A stretch of DNA of 64,000 bases from an uncultured Lachnospiraceae bacterium (GTDB lineage: Bacteria > Bacillota > Clostridia > Lachnospirales > Lachnospiraceae), in NCBI GenBank assembly GCA_900318875.1, contig ONMH01000001.1:4177-68176 (forward strand). The letters run 5' to 3'. Of this stretch, positions 47,965 to 58,191 are shown in pieces. How positions within the stretch are numbered: position 1 is the stretch's first letter; each line of letters opens with the position of its first letter. The notes under the pieces are model-generated. The model saw only the letters and a list, made by a program, of their open reading frames with translations. It was not told the DNA's origin and made no database searches. A program made the position numbers and the translations under genes.

Positions 47965-49254
47965 TCAGGACTTCTTCCGTGCTGCCGTTTCCTTCCTTGT
48001 CATCATGAACTCCGGCAGGGGCTTGCCCTCCCGGATGCGCTGTGCGTAATCTGCGGTTGCCGCAAACATGACGTCTCCCGAGGAGTTCAGGGCTGTCTCC
48101 ACGGAGTCCTGCACGACGCCGATGATAAAGCCGACGGCGACGACCTGCATGGCGGCATCATTCGAGATGCCGAACAGGGAGCAGGCCATCGGGATCAGGA
48201 GCAGGGACCCACCTGCCACGCCGGAGGCACCGCAGGCGCCGAGGGCGGAGACAAAAGAGAGGAGAATGGCTGCGGGGATGGAGACCTGAATGCCGAGGGT
48301 GTTGGCCGCAGCGAGGGTCATGATCGTGATCGTGATGGCGGCGCCGTCCATGTTTATGGTAGCTCCCAGGGGGATGGCCACCGAGTACATGTCCTTGTCG
48401 AGCTCGAGCTTTTCGCACAGGGCCATGTTGACGGGGATGTTCGCCGCGGAGGACCTCGTGAAGAAGGCGGTCACACCGGACTCCTTCAGGCACCGGAACA
48501 GCAGCGGGTAGGGATTGCGGTGCAGGAACAGGAACGAGATAAACGGTGCGATGACAAGCGCCTGCAGGAGCATCGTGCCGACGAGCAGAAGCAGGAGCTT
48601 TCCGTAGTCCTGGAAGATTGAGAGGCCGTTTGTGGACACGTTGGTGTACACGAGGCCGCAGATGCCAAAAGGCGCAAAGCCGATGATCCAGCGCACGATC
48701 TGGGAGATGGCATCCGAGATGTTCATCATGAACGTCTTGCTCTCCTGACTTGCGATGCGCTTCATCGCAAGGCCAAACAGCACTGCCCAGAACAGGATGC
48801 CGATGTAGTTGCCGCCTGTCAGCGCGGAAAAGGGATTCGCGACCAGGTTGTTCAGGAGGTTTGAGAAGACCTCGCCAAGGCCCTGCGGGGGCTGCAGGTC
48901 GGATTCTGCGGTCTGCAAAACGATCTTCTGCGGAAACGCGTAGCTTGTAAAGACAGAGAGCACTGCTGCGTCCAGCGTAGTCAGAAGGTACAGAAAGATG
49001 ACGGTGCCAAAGCGGCGGTCGAGATGGGACCTCGACTGGGCAAGGGCTGCTGCCACGATGACAAAGACCAGGATCGGCGCCATCGCCTTGAGACCTCCGA
49101 CAAAGAGGTCTCCCAGGATGGACAGGAAGGTCCAGTCTTTTGCCGCGATGCCGAGAATGGCGCCCACGACAAGGCCGATCACGATGCGCAGGATCAGGCT
49201 CGTGTGCGTATAGCGCCTTGCAATGCCAGCAACAAAGTTTTTGACGGCTTCCAT
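47965..49254 (-). CDS. sstT: Serine/threonine:Na+ symporter (DAACS family)
   Basis: FVGGLKAMAP.LVF, FFTRSSAANIPVN, GATINMDG, CGASGVAGGSLLLIP and ETALNSS.D motifs. Confidence 0.93.
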   Translation of the reverse strand: MEAVKNFVAGIARRYTHTSLILRIVIGLVVGAILGIAAKDWTFLSILGDLFVGGLKAMAPILVFVIVAAALAQSRSHLDRRFGTVIFLYLLTTLDAAVLSVFTSYAFPQKIVLQTAESDLQPPQGLGEVFSNLLNNLVANPFSALTGGNYIGILFWAVLFGLAMKRIASQESKTFMMNISDAISQIVRWIIGFAPFGICGLVYTNVSTNGLSIFQDYGKLLLLLVGTMLLQALVIAPFISFLFLHRNPYPLLFRCLKESGVTAFFTRSSAANIPVNMALCEKLELDKDMYSVAIPLGATINMDGAAITITIMTLAAANTLGIQVSIPAAILLSFVSALGACGASGVAGGSLLLIPMACSLFGISNDAAMQVVAVGFIIGVVQDSVETALNSSGDVMFAATADYAQRIREGKPLPEFMMTRKETAARKKS

Positions 49255-49621
49255 GATGATGTTCTCCCTCACAAGATGTGTGTTTTTGTGTACGGTTCCG
49301 CACAACAGATATGATTTTACCACAGCTGTCCGCAGAGAAAAGACAAATGTTCACGGGAGAAGAACATTCAGCGAATTGGGGCAGAATCCGGCGGGCTGAG
49401 CGCCGATGCATGGTCAAAATGACGGGAAGGAAGTGCTCCCGGTCCTCCGGAACAGGATATCAGAGGTCCTTTTCGAAGAAGTACTGCGCGTGATTCAGGA
49501 AGGCAGGATTTAGGACAAACAGCTCCCGGCAGCCGAGCTTCCGGTAAAAATCCGGTGCCTGAAAATCATAGGTGTTGAGGAGAGTCCTCTTGAGACGTCC
49601 TGCTGCATCAGAGAAAGATAC

Positions 49622-49654
49622 AAAAAACCCCCGGAATCCTTCGGATTCCGGGGG
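49622..49654 (-). terminator. Intrinsic terminator of tRNA-Thr
   Basis: Perfect 12-bp stem CCCCCGGAATCC/GGATTCCGGGGG followed by T6 on the minus strand. Confidence 0.9.
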
Positions 49655-49657
49655 GTC

Positions 49658-49730
49658 AGCTGGAAAAGGGACTTGAACCCTCGACCTACTGATTACGAAT
49701 CAGTTGCGCTACCAACTGCGCTATTCCAGC
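49658..49730 (-). tRNA. tRNA-Thr (anticodon CGT), CCA not encoded
   Basis: GCTGGAATAGCGCAGTTGGTAGCGCAACTGATTCGTAATCAGTAGGTCGAGGGTTCAAGTCCCTTTTCCAGCT folds into a cloverleaf with a CTGAT-TCGTAAT-CAG anticodon arm and a GTTCAA T-loop. Confidence 0.97.
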
Positions 49731-49764
49731 ATTGCGTCAGCGGTTTTCCGCTGACACTTGAAAC

Positions 49765-49793
49765 ATTATAAAGGGGAAAATATCGTAATGCAA
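49765..49793 (-). promoter_or_regulatory. Sigma-A-type promoter of tRNA-Thr
   Basis: TTGCAT-17 bp-TATAAT with an AT-rich, UP-element-like region upstream. Confidence 0.8.
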
Positions 49794-50066
49794 GGCAAAG
49801 TTTATACGAATATTTTTCAAAATATCAGTCAATATGTTCAGACGCGATGGCAGTGGTGTGTTTTCCCCCACTGGCATTTCCTGATCCGCATGTTTTCGGC
49901 ACCTTGAGAATTGTGGCATGAATCCCATCTGCAGCCGTTATTTCCAAGACGCAAAGCCTCCCTCTTTCCCTGCAGATCCGAAGTCATGGATCCGCAGGGG
50001 AAGGGGGAGGGTTCCTGCTTGGATGGCACTGGCTGTTCTGCCTGTCAGCACACTCTTTCTTATGGC

Positions 50067-51305
50067 TCACCCGATTTTGTGCAGGAAGAGTCCCGAGAGG
50101 AGCTTTGGCTCAAAGAGCGTGGACTTTGGCGGCATGAGAAGGCCCGCATCCGAGACCGCAAAGAGCTCTGCCATGCTGGTGGGATACATCGCAAAGGCAG
50201 CGCCGCCGGTTTTGTCCGCGAGCTCCGCAAGGGCGGGAAGGCCCTCCGTGCCGCCCAGAAAGCGGATTCTCTCATCGGTTCTGGGATCTCTGATCCCGAA
50301 GATCGGCTCCAGGACCTTCTTCTGCAGGATGGAGACGTCCAGGCTCCTCACAGGGCCGCCGTGCTTTTCGTTGTTGCGCACGGTGAGAAGGTACCAGGAA
50401 TGGCCCAGGTACATGCCGATCTCGCCCTTTGCCTGGGGCTTTGCGGGCGTCTTCCGGTAGGGGGTCACGTTGAAGAGGCCCTTCATCTTCGTCAGGATCT
50501 CGCTCTTGTCATAGCCGTTTAAGTCCGTGACCACCCGGTTGTAGTCCATGATGACAAGCTCCGTGTCGGGGAAGAGGACAGAGAGAAACCAGTTGTAGGG
50601 TTCCTCTCCCGAATAGTCCGGGTTTGCTGCCCGGAGCCTCTCTGCCGCCTTCACCGCGGAGGCCGCCCGGTGGTGGCCGTCTGCGATGTAGATCCGCTTT
50701 ACGGCAGCAAAGGCCTTCTCGATCGCCCCGATTGTCTCCGCATCGTCGATCACCCAGACGCGGTTCTGAATGCCGGTGTCGGAGACAAAGTCGCAGACGG
50801 GCTTCTGCTGTCTCTTGTCAAAGACGATCCGCTCGAGGGCATCGTTCCGCCGGTAGGTGAGAAAGATCGGCCCCGTCTGAAAGCCCGTGGTCTCCACGTG
50901 CTTTGTGCGGTCCTCCTCCTTCTCCTCGATCGTGTTCTCGTTCCTGCGGACAACTCCCTTTTTGTACTCGTCGACGCTGGCGCAGGCGACAATGCCGGTC
51001 TGGGTTCTTCCCTGCCAGGTCTCCTCGTAGAGGTAGAAGCAGGGCTTTTCGTCCTGGATGAACACGCCGTCCCGGATCTTTGCATCCAGCATCTCCTTTG
51101 CCTTCTCATAGACCCTGTCATCGTAGGTTGAGACGTCCTCCGGGAACTGGGTCTCCGCCCGGTCGATCGCAAGGAAGGAATCCGGGTGCTGCTCCACGTA
51201 TGACCTTGCTTCTTTTCTGGTGTAGACGTCATAGGGGAGCGCTGCGATGGTCTTCTCCTGTCCCGCTGCCGGCCGGTATGCTGTGAATGGTCTGATGGTT
51301 GCCAA
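50067..51305 (-). CDS. DUF1015 family protein (ParB/Srx-like fold)
   Basis: I.PF.AYRP, LPYDV, E.T...KE.DR, GPIFL, YIADGHHR, YNRVV and MPPKST.FEPKL.SGL motifs; probable TTG start at 51305. Confidence 0.88.
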   Translation of the reverse strand: MATIRPFTAYRPAAGQEKTIAALPYDVYTRKEARSYVEQHPDSFLAIDRAETQFPEDVSTYDDRVYEKAKEMLDAKIRDGVFIQDEKPCFYLYEETWQGRTQTGIVACASVDEYKKGVVRRNENTIEEKEEDRTKHVETTGFQTGPIFLTYRRNDALERIVFDKRQQKPVCDFVSDTGIQNRVWVIDDAETIGAIEKAFAAVKRIYIADGHHRAASAVKAAERLRAANPDYSGEEPYNWFLSVLFPDTELVIMDYNRVVTDLNGYDKSEILTKMKGLFNVTPYRKTPAKPQAKGEIGMYLGHSWYLLTVRNNEKHGGPVRSLDVSILQKKVLEPIFGIRDPRTDERIRFLGGTEGLPALAELADKTGGAAFAMYPTSMAELFAVSDAGLLMPPKSTLFEPKLLSGLFLHKIG

Positions 51306-51366
51306 GTGTTTTCCTCCAAAAAGGGGCAGGCCGCAAGGACCTGCCCCCATCAATGCTCTATTGTGT

Positions 51367-52536
51367 TTACTGGATTACGCGGACGCGGAACACATCCTCG
51401 ATGTCCTGGAGCGCCTTTATGGTCTCATCGGACACCCTGCTGTCCACGTCGAAGACGGAGTATGCGACCTCGCCCCTCGACTTGTTTGTCATCTCTGCGA
51501 TGTTGATGCCAGCACCGCCGAGGACCGTCGTGAACTTCGAGATCATGTTTGTCTTGTTGCTGTGGAAGATGCAGATGCGGCTTGCTGCCTCCGGAACGCC
51601 GAGCTCGCACTTGGGATAGTTCACGGAGTTGCGGATGGAGCCGGTCTCCAGGTACTCCTGGAGCTCCTCCGCTGCCATGACGGCGCAGTTCGTCTCGGAC
51701 TCCTCGGTGGAGGCACCAAGGTGCGGGGTCGTGATGCAGCCCCGGTGTCCTGCGACCGTCGGGTTCGGGAAGTCGGAGACATAGCGGCGCACCTTGCCGG
51801 CATCGATGGCGGCGATCATGGCCTTCTCGTCCACGAGGACGTCGCGGGCCATGTTTAGGACGATGACGCCGGGCTTCATCATGTCGATTGCTTCCTTCGA
51901 GATGTAGCCCTTCGTGGAGTCCATCGCGGGGACATGGATCGTGATGAAGTCGCAGTTTTTGTAGATCTCGTTGATGTCCGTCACATGGGTGACCTTGCGG
52001 GAGAGGTGCCAGGCGCTGTCGACGCCGACATAGGGGTCATAGCCATACACATCCATGCCGAGATAGACCGCAGCGTTTGCGACGCGCACGCCGATGGCGC
52101 CGAGGCCGATGATGCCGAGCTTCTTGCCCTCGATCTCCGTGCCTGCAAACTTCTTCTTCTCCTTCTCGACGTCCGCAGCGACATCCGGATCGTTCCACTT
52201 GGAGCGGACCCAGTCGATGCCCTCGACGACGTCACGGGAGGCAAGGAGCATGCCGGCAATGACGAGCTCCTTGACGCCGTTTGCGTTGGCACCGGGGGTG
52301 TTGAACACCACGATGCCCTTCCTGGCGCAGACATCGAGCGGGATGTTGTTGACGCCGGCACCGGCTCTTGCAATGGCAAGGAGGCTGTCGGAGAACGTCA
52401 TGTCGTGCATCTTTGCGGAGCGGACCAGAATCCCGTTCGCCTCGTCGATGTTCTCGGTCTTCTCAAAGTCTGCATGGAAGCGGTCCGTTCCGGCCGCTGC
52501 GATGTTGTTCAGCGTTGCATACTTGAACTTTGCCAT
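51367..52536 (-). CDS. serA: D-3-phosphoglycerate dehydrogenase with ACT domain
   Basis: RAGAGVNNIP, NTPGANAN, GLGAIG, TPHLGASTEE and a C-terminal ACT domain. Confidence 0.95.
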   Translation of the reverse strand: MAKFKYATLNNIAAAGTDRFHADFEKTENIDEANGILVRSAKMHDMTFSDSLLAIARAGAGVNNIPLDVCARKGIVVFNTPGANANGVKELVIAGMLLASRDVVEGIDWVRSKWNDPDVAADVEKEKKKFAGTEIEGKKLGIIGLGAIGVRVANAAVYLGMDVYGYDPYVGVDSAWHLSRKVTHVTDINEIYKNCDFITIHVPAMDSTKGYISKEAIDMMKPGVIVLNMARDVLVDEKAMIAAIDAGKVRRYVSDFPNPTVAGHRGCITTPHLGASTEESETNCAVMAAEELQEYLETGSIRNSVNYPKCELGVPEAASRICIFHSNKTNMISKFTTVLGGAGINIAEMTNKSRGEVAYSVFDVDSRVSDETIKALQDIEDVFRVRVIQ

Positions 52537-52557
52537 TTCTGTCTCTCCTTCGCCTTT

Positions 52558-53649
52558 TCAGTCGAGCACCGGGTGCTTTGCCTCAAACTCCCTCATGAAG
52601 GCAGCGAGCTTCTCGACGCCCTCAATGGGCATTGCGTTGTACATGGAAGCGCGCATGCCGCCGACGGTTCTGTGGCCCTTCAGGGAGACAAGACCCTGCT
52701 CTGCCGCTTCTTTGACGAACTCGGCATCGAGATCCTTGTCGCCGGTCACAAACGGTGCATTCATGAGGGACCGGTCTTCTTTGCGGACGGTTCCCTTGAA
52801 GAGGCTGGAGGCATCCAGGGCGTCGTAGAACACCTTTGCCTTTGCCTCGTTCCTGCGGTTCATCTCCGTAAGGCCTCCCATCTTCAGGAGCCACTTGAAG
52901 ACGAGGCCGCAGATGTAGATCTGCCAGCAGGGCGGGGTGTTGTAGAGGGAGTCCTTCTCCGCCTGTGTGGAATAGCGGAGCATGGTGGGAACCTCCTCCG
53001 GAAGATCTGTCCGGACGAGATCTTTGCGGATAACGGCGATCACGCACCCTGCGGGGCCGACGTTCTTCTGCACGCCGCCGAAGAACATGCCATATTTTGT
53101 CACATCGATCGGTCTTGACAGGAAGTTGGAGGAGACATCGGCGACGAGATCCTTCCCCTTTGTGTTCGGAAGCTTGAAATACTCGGTGCCGTAGATCGTG
53201 TTGTTCTCGCAGATGTAAACGTAGTCCATGTCCTCCGTGATGGGAAGATCGGAGCAGTCGGGGATATAGGTGAAGTTCTTGTCTGCAGAGGAGGCAAGAG
53301 CTACGGCATCGCCGTACTTCTGCGCCTCCTGCCATGCCTTCTTCGCCCAGTTGCCGGTGATGACATAGCCGGCCTTTTTGTTCTTCATCAGGTTCAGAGG
53401 GACCTCGGCGAACTGCTGGGAGCCGCCGCCCTGCAGGAATAACACGTAGTAGTTGTCCGGTACGCCCACCAGGGTGCGGAAATCTGCCTCGGCCTGCTTG
53501 ATGATGCCGTCAAAGACCTTGCCTCTGTGGCTCATCTCCATGACGGACATGCCAGTTCCCTTGTAATCCACAAGGTCTCTCTGTGCCTCCTCGAGTACCT
53601 CGAGGGGAAGCATTGCCGGGCCGGCTGCAAAGTTGTAAACTCGTCCCAT
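52558..53649 (-). CDS. serC: Phosphoserine aminotransferase
   Basis: NFAAGPAMLP, EMSHR, LQGGG, QKNVGPAG, NTPP and GHR..GG.RAS.YNA motifs. Confidence 0.97.
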   Translation of the reverse strand: MGRVYNFAAGPAMLPLEVLEEAQRDLVDYKGTGMSVMEMSHRGKVFDGIIKQAEADFRTLVGVPDNYYVLFLQGGGSQQFAEVPLNLMKNKKAGYVITGNWAKKAWQEAQKYGDAVALASSADKNFTYIPDCSDLPITEDMDYVYICENNTIYGTEYFKLPNTKGKDLVADVSSNFLSRPIDVTKYGMFFGGVQKNVGPAGCVIAVIRKDLVRTDLPEEVPTMLRYSTQAEKDSLYNTPPCWQIYICGLVFKWLLKMGGLTEMNRRNEAKAKVFYDALDASSLFKGTVRKEDRSLMNAPFVTGDKDLDAEFVKEAAEQGLVSLKGHRTVGGMRASMYNAMPIEGVEKLAAFMREFEAKHPVLD

Positions 53650-53677
53650 TTCTCCAATTCCTCCTGTAATGGTTAAT

Positions 53678-53708
53678 AAACAAAGAGGAAGCCGTTTCCC
53701 GCTTCCTC
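53678..53708 (-). terminator. Possible terminator or attenuator hairpin between the L,D-transpeptidase gene and serC
   Basis: Stem GAGGAAGC/GCTTCCTC with a weak TTTGTTT tract. Confidence 0.5.
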
Positions 53709-53739
53709 CGTGTTTCCTGATGAAGTGGCGCCCCTTATG

Positions 53740-54621
53740 TCAGTGAACGATGACAGGGGTGCCGACGCTGACCAGGCTGTAGAGCGCCTTCGCCTTCTCC
53801 GGGGGAAGGTTCACGCAGCCGTGGGAGCCGTTTGTCTTGTAGATGGTGCCGCCGAAATAGGACCGCCAAGTCGCATCGTGGAGACCTACGCTGTTGCCGA
53901 CAAAGGGCATCCAGTAGGACACAGGGGTCTGGTAGGAATTGCCCTCTCCGATGAGAACAGTGTCTTTGGTCATGTACTTGTTGATGGCAAAGACGCCGAC
54001 AGGGGTCTGATTGTTCTCACTCACGTTCCCGCTGACGATGTCAGAGGACCAGGTGATGGTCCCGTTGTCGTAATAATAAGCCTTCTGGTTTGAGAGGTCC
54101 ACCTCAACATACGTCGATCCGATGGACAGGGCCGGCGTGTGGGTCTCGGTCTTCTGCGCCATGATCGCCTGGGAGAGGTACGGGACCTCCTTCAGGACAT
54201 CGATCACCCTGACATCGTTGTCGGTCTCATCGTAATGCAGATATCTGCCGGTGCGGGTTGTGAAATCCGCTCCGTTCTGCGTCGGCTGGAACTTCTGAGT
54301 GAGCGACGTGAAGAACCCGATCATCTTGTTGGGATCGAGCACGTAGTAATTGGTGGCAGGATCGATGTAGTAGGAGCCGTCGTCATTGGTCTTCATCATG
54401 GACATCGCCATCTCGGGGCCAACGGTGTAGGTCCTGCCGTTCCCGAAGTCATAGGTGATCTGACACTGGGGTGCGGCGGGCGAGAGGCTCGCAATGTAAT
54501 CAATGACCGCCTGCGACTCGGCATCGGTCGCTGCTGCCTGTGCAGCAGCCGGCACCGCCAGGAAGGCGGCGAGTACAGCTGCTGCGGCAAGGCAGAGAAC
54601 TTTCTTTAGCGTTTTGAGCAT
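53740..54621 (-). CDS. L,D-transpeptidase (YkuD family), secreted
   Basis: Signal peptide; YVEVDLS.Q, TP.G.F, VSYWMPF, GLHDA.WR and GSHGCVNL motifs. Confidence 0.92.
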   Translation of the reverse strand: MLKTLKKVLCLAAAAVLAAFLAVPAAAQAAATDAESQAVIDYIASLSPAAPQCQITYDFGNGRTYTVGPEMAMSMMKTNDDGSYYIDPATNYYVLDPNKMIGFFTSLTQKFQPTQNGADFTTRTGRYLHYDETDNDVRVIDVLKEVPYLSQAIMAQKTETHTPALSIGSTYVEVDLSNQKAYYYDNGTITWSSDIVSGNVSENNQTPVGVFAINKYMTKDTVLIGEGNSYQTPVSYWMPFVGNSVGLHDATWRSYFGGTIYKTNGSHGCVNLPPEKAKALYSLVSVGTPVIVH

Positions 54622-54703
54622 AACTGGTATTCCTCCCGGTATTGCGAAAGCAAAAACTGTCTGCTGTGGGGACAAACCCCGCATCTCCGGGATTATATCC
54701 TCT

Positions 54704-56419
54704 TCATGATCGGTTCGCAAGGTCCTTTGCATCGAAGGCCTGTGCGATATCACTGCCGGGCGAGACCATCGGGAACACCTTGTCATCTTCCTCAATCATG
54801 CAGTCGATGACGACGGGACCGTCTGCTTCGAGGGCTTTCTTCAGGGCAGGCTCCACTTCTTCGGGCTTCGAGATGCGGATTGCCATGCAGCCCATACCCT
54901 CTGCGACCTTACAGTAATCGACCCTGTCCTCGAGGATGGTCTGGGAATAGCGCTTTCCGTAAAAGAGCGTCTGCCACTGCCGCACCATGCCGAGCACTCT
55001 GTTGTCGACAATGATGTCGATGACGTGCAGGTTGTAGCGGCTTGCGGTGGCGAGCTCCACGAGGTTCATGCGGAAGCACCCGTCTCCGGTGATGTTCACG
55101 ACCGTCTTGTCCGGTCTTGCTATTTTCGCACCGATTGCAGCGCCAAGTCCGTAACCCATGGTACCAAGTCCGCCGGAGGATAAGAGAGTCCTCGGCTCAC
55201 TGAACGTATAGTACTGGGCAGTCCACATCTGGTGCTGGCCCACATCGGTGGTGAGGATGGCCTTTCCCTCTGTTGCCTTATCCAGCGCCTCGATGACCAT
55301 GGGGCAGGTGAGCCTTGTGTGATCATAGGAGAGCGGGTATGCCTTCCTGAGGTCCTGGATCTCTGCCATCCACGCAGGATGAGTCACCATCGTGACCTTT
55401 TTGTTGAGCAAAGTCAGGATCTCCTTCAGGTCGCCGACAATGGACTTTGTGACGCGCACGTTTTTGTTGATCTCGGCGTCGTCGATGTCGATCTGCAGGA
55501 TCTTTGCGTTTTTGCAGAAAGTCTTTGCATTGCCGATCTGCCGGTCGGAAAAGCGGGTGCCGAGGGCGATGACAAGATCTGCCTTTGATAGGCCGAAGTT
55601 CGATGCCTTTGTGCCGTGCATGCCGATCATGCCGGTGTAGTGCGGATCATGGCCGTCAAAGACGCCCTTGCCCATCAGCGTGTCGCAGACGGGCGCATCG
55701 AGGAGCGCATCGAGATCCCGCACTTCCCTCCAGGCGTTGCTGAGGGCAGCGCCGCCGCCAACGTACAGGAAGGGGCGCTTCGCCGCATTGATCATGGCAG
55801 CTGCCTCGTCGAGATCCTCCTCCGAGTAGTTCTTCTCTGCGGGGAGGCTGCTGTTGATGCGGGACTTTAAGGCGCTGGAGAGTTCTTCCGGTGTGGCAGG
55901 GGTAAATTCCGCCTCTGCTGCCGTCACATCCTTTGTGATGTCCACAAGAACCGGGCCGGGGCGGCCGCTCTTTGCGATGCGGAACGCCCTGCGGATCGTG
56001 GGTGCCAGCTCCCTGACATCCTTGACGATAAAACCGTGCTTTGTGATCGGCATCGTGATGCCCGCGATGTCCACCTCCTGGAAGGAGTCTTTGCCAAGAA
56101 GGGGGAGGGTCACGTTGCAGGTGATCGCAACGATCGGAACGGAATCCATGTATGCGGTGGCAATCCCGGTCACGAGGTTTGTTGCGCCGGGACCGGAGGT
56201 TGCCATGCAGACGCCGACCTTTCCGGAGGCTCTGGCATAGCCGTCCGCCGCATGGGCTGCGCCCTGCTCGTGGCTTGTCAGAACGTGCCGGATCTCTCCG
56301 GCATGCTTGTAGAGCGCGTCATAGACGTTCAGGATAGAGCCGCCCGGATATCCGAAGACGGTATCCACGCCCTGCTCCTTCAGGCACTGCACGATGATTT
56401 CTGAACCATTGAGTTTCAT
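54704..56419 (-). CDS. ilvB: Acetolactate synthase large subunit
   Basis: FGYPGG, HEQGAAH, TSGPGATN, DVGQHQMW, GDGCF.MN and LGMVRQWQ motifs. Confidence 0.96.
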   Translation of the reverse strand: MKLNGSEIIVQCLKEQGVDTVFGYPGGSILNVYDALYKHAGEIRHVLTSHEQGAAHAADGYARASGKVGVCMATSGPGATNLVTGIATAYMDSVPIVAITCNVTLPLLGKDSFQEVDIAGITMPITKHGFIVKDVRELAPTIRRAFRIAKSGRPGPVLVDITKDVTAAEAEFTPATPEELSSALKSRINSSLPAEKNYSEEDLDEAAAMINAAKRPFLYVGGGAALSNAWREVRDLDALLDAPVCDTLMGKGVFDGHDPHYTGMIGMHGTKASNFGLSKADLVIALGTRFSDRQIGNAKTFCKNAKILQIDIDDAEINKNVRVTKSIVGDLKEILTLLNKKVTMVTHPAWMAEIQDLRKAYPLSYDHTRLTCPMVIEALDKATEGKAILTTDVGQHQMWTAQYYTFSEPRTLLSSGGLGTMGYGLGAAIGAKIARPDKTVVNITGDGCFRMNLVELATASRYNLHVIDIIVDNRVLGMVRQWQTLFYGKRYSQTILEDRVDYCKVAEGMGCMAIRISKPEEVEPALKKALEADGPVVIDCMIEEDDKVFPMVSPGSDIAQAFDAKDLANRS

Positions 56420-56448
56420 CTGTTCTTCTCTTCCTTACCGTCCGGGTC

Positions 56449-58137
56449 TTACTCTGCGTCCGGGCGAAGCTCCTTCGGAAGCTCCAGGATGGCGCCGCGG
56501 TTGCCGGAGGTGACAAGGGCCTGATAGCGGGCAAGATACCCGTCGGTGATCTTGGGGGTCCTTGGCTTCCAGGCTGCCTTCCTTCTTGCGAGCTCCTCAT
56601 CGGAGACCTTCACGTTCAGGCTGTTGTTCGGGATATCGATGGAGATGATGTCTCCCTCCTCGATGAGGGCGATCGGTCCGCCGACTGCCGCCTCCGGGGA
56701 GATGTGGCCGATGGCGGCACCTCTGGATGCGCCGGAGAAGCGGCCGTCCGTGAGGAGTGCCACGGTGCTGCCAAGGCCCATGCCCATGATGGCAGAGGTG
56801 GGATTTAACATCTCTCTCATGCCGGGGCCGCCCTTCGGACCCTCGTAGCGGATGACGACGACATCGCCGTCGTGGATCTTTCCGGTCGTGATGGCCTTGA
56901 TCGCATCCTCCTCGCAGTCAAAGACCCTTGCGGGGCCTTCGTGCTTCATCATCTCGGGAGCGACTGCGGAGCGCTTGACGATGCCGGTGTCGGGAGCGAT
57001 GTTGCCCTTTAAGACTGCAATGCCGCCGTTTGGCATGTAGGGGTTGTCAATCGGGCGGATGACCTCAGGATTGCGGTTGACCGCATCCTCGATGTTCTCT
57101 CCCGTCGTCTTTCCGGTCACGGTGATGCCGCCAAGGTGCAGGAGGTTCTTCTTCGTCAGCTCCTTCATGACGGCGTAGATGCCGCCCGCCTCGTTTAAGT
57201 CCTCCATGTAGGTGGGACCTGCCGGTGCCAGGTGGCAGAGGTTCGGGGTCCTGTCGGAGATCTCGTTTGCAAACTCCATGTTCAGATCGATGCCGCACTC
57301 GTGGGCGATGGCAGGCAGATGGAGCATGGTGTTCGTAGAGCACCCAAGGGCCATGTCGACGGTGAGGGCGTTCTCGAAGGCCTCCTTGGTCATGATGTCT
57401 CTCGGGCGGATGTTGTGCTCGAGGCAGTACATGACCTGATAGCCTGCTTCTTTTGCAAGGCGGATTCTTGCGCTGTAGACCGCGGGGATCGTGCCGTTGC
57501 CGCGAAGGCCCATGCCGATCGCTTCGGTCAGGCAGTTCATGGAGTTTGCGGTGTACATGCCGGAGCAGGAGCCGCAGGTCGGGCAGACGTTCTCCTCGAA
57601 GTTTGCAAGGTCCTCTGCCGAGATCTTTCCGGCATCGTAGGCGCCGACCGCCTCAAACATGGAGCTTAAGCTCCGCTTCTTTCCGTTCACGTGGCCGGCC
57701 AGCATCGGGCCGCCGGAGACGAAGACCGTGGGGATGTTGATTCTCGCCGCTGCCATGAGGAGTCCCGGTACGTTCTTGTCGCAGTTGGGGATCATGACAA
57801 GGCCGTCAAACTGATGGGCCTTGGCAAGACACTCGGTGGAGTCCGCGATCAGGTCTCTCGTGACGAGGGAGTACTTCATGCCGACATGGCCCATCGCAAT
57901 GCCGTCGCAGACCGCGATGGCAGGGACCATGACGGGCATGCCGCCCGCCTCGGCGATGCCGAGCTTGACGGCCTGGGCGATCTTGTCCAGGTTCATGTGG
58001 CCGGGGATGATCTCATTATAGGAACAGACGACGCCGATGAGCGGCTTTGCCATCTCCTCCCTGGTGAATCCAAGGGCATTGAACAGACTTCTGTGGGGCG
58101 CCTGCTGGACGCCCTTCTTGACGTTATCACTGAGCAT
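56449..58137 (-). CDS. ilvD: Dihydroxy-acid dehydratase
   Basis: [40 protein letters not shown] and TDGRFSG motifs. Confidence 0.97.
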   Translation of the reverse strand: MLSDNVKKGVQQAPHRSLFNALGFTREEMAKPLIGVVCSYNEIIPGHMNLDKIAQAVKLGIAEAGGMPVMVPAIAVCDGIAMGHVGMKYSLVTRDLIADSTECLAKAHQFDGLVMIPNCDKNVPGLLMAAARINIPTVFVSGGPMLAGHVNGKKRSLSSMFEAVGAYDAGKISAEDLANFEENVCPTCGSCSGMYTANSMNCLTEAIGMGLRGNGTIPAVYSARIRLAKEAGYQVMYCLEHNIRPRDIMTKEAFENALTVDMALGCSTNTMLHLPAIAHECGIDLNMEFANEISDRTPNLCHLAPAGPTYMEDLNEAGGIYAVMKELTKKNLLHLGGITVTGKTTGENIEDAVNRNPEVIRPIDNPYMPNGGIAVLKGNIAPDTGIVKRSAVAPEMMKHEGPARVFDCEEDAIKAITTGKIHDGDVVVIRYEGPKGGPGMREMLNPTSAIMGMGLGSTVALLTDGRFSGASRGAAIGHISPEAAVGGPIALIEEGDIISIDIPNNSLNVKVSDEELARRKAAWKPRTPKITDGYLARYQALVTSGNRGAILELPKELRPDAE

Positions 58138-58191
58138 ATTTTCTTCTTTCTGCCCCTTTTGCTTTGCGGGGGCCAGGCTGCTGACTGGTAT

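Noticed and set aside
49330-49730. tRNA-Thr as a possible integration site for an island
   Set aside because: The terminator follows immediately, and I saw no duplicated tRNA 3' end, integrase or foreign genes. The site appears empty.
49947-49961. GACGCAAAGCCTCC, matching part of the c-di-GMP-I riboswitch
   Set aside because: The required upstream GGCAAAC/P2-GNRA arm is absent and the match is antisense to the local genes, so it is likely chance.
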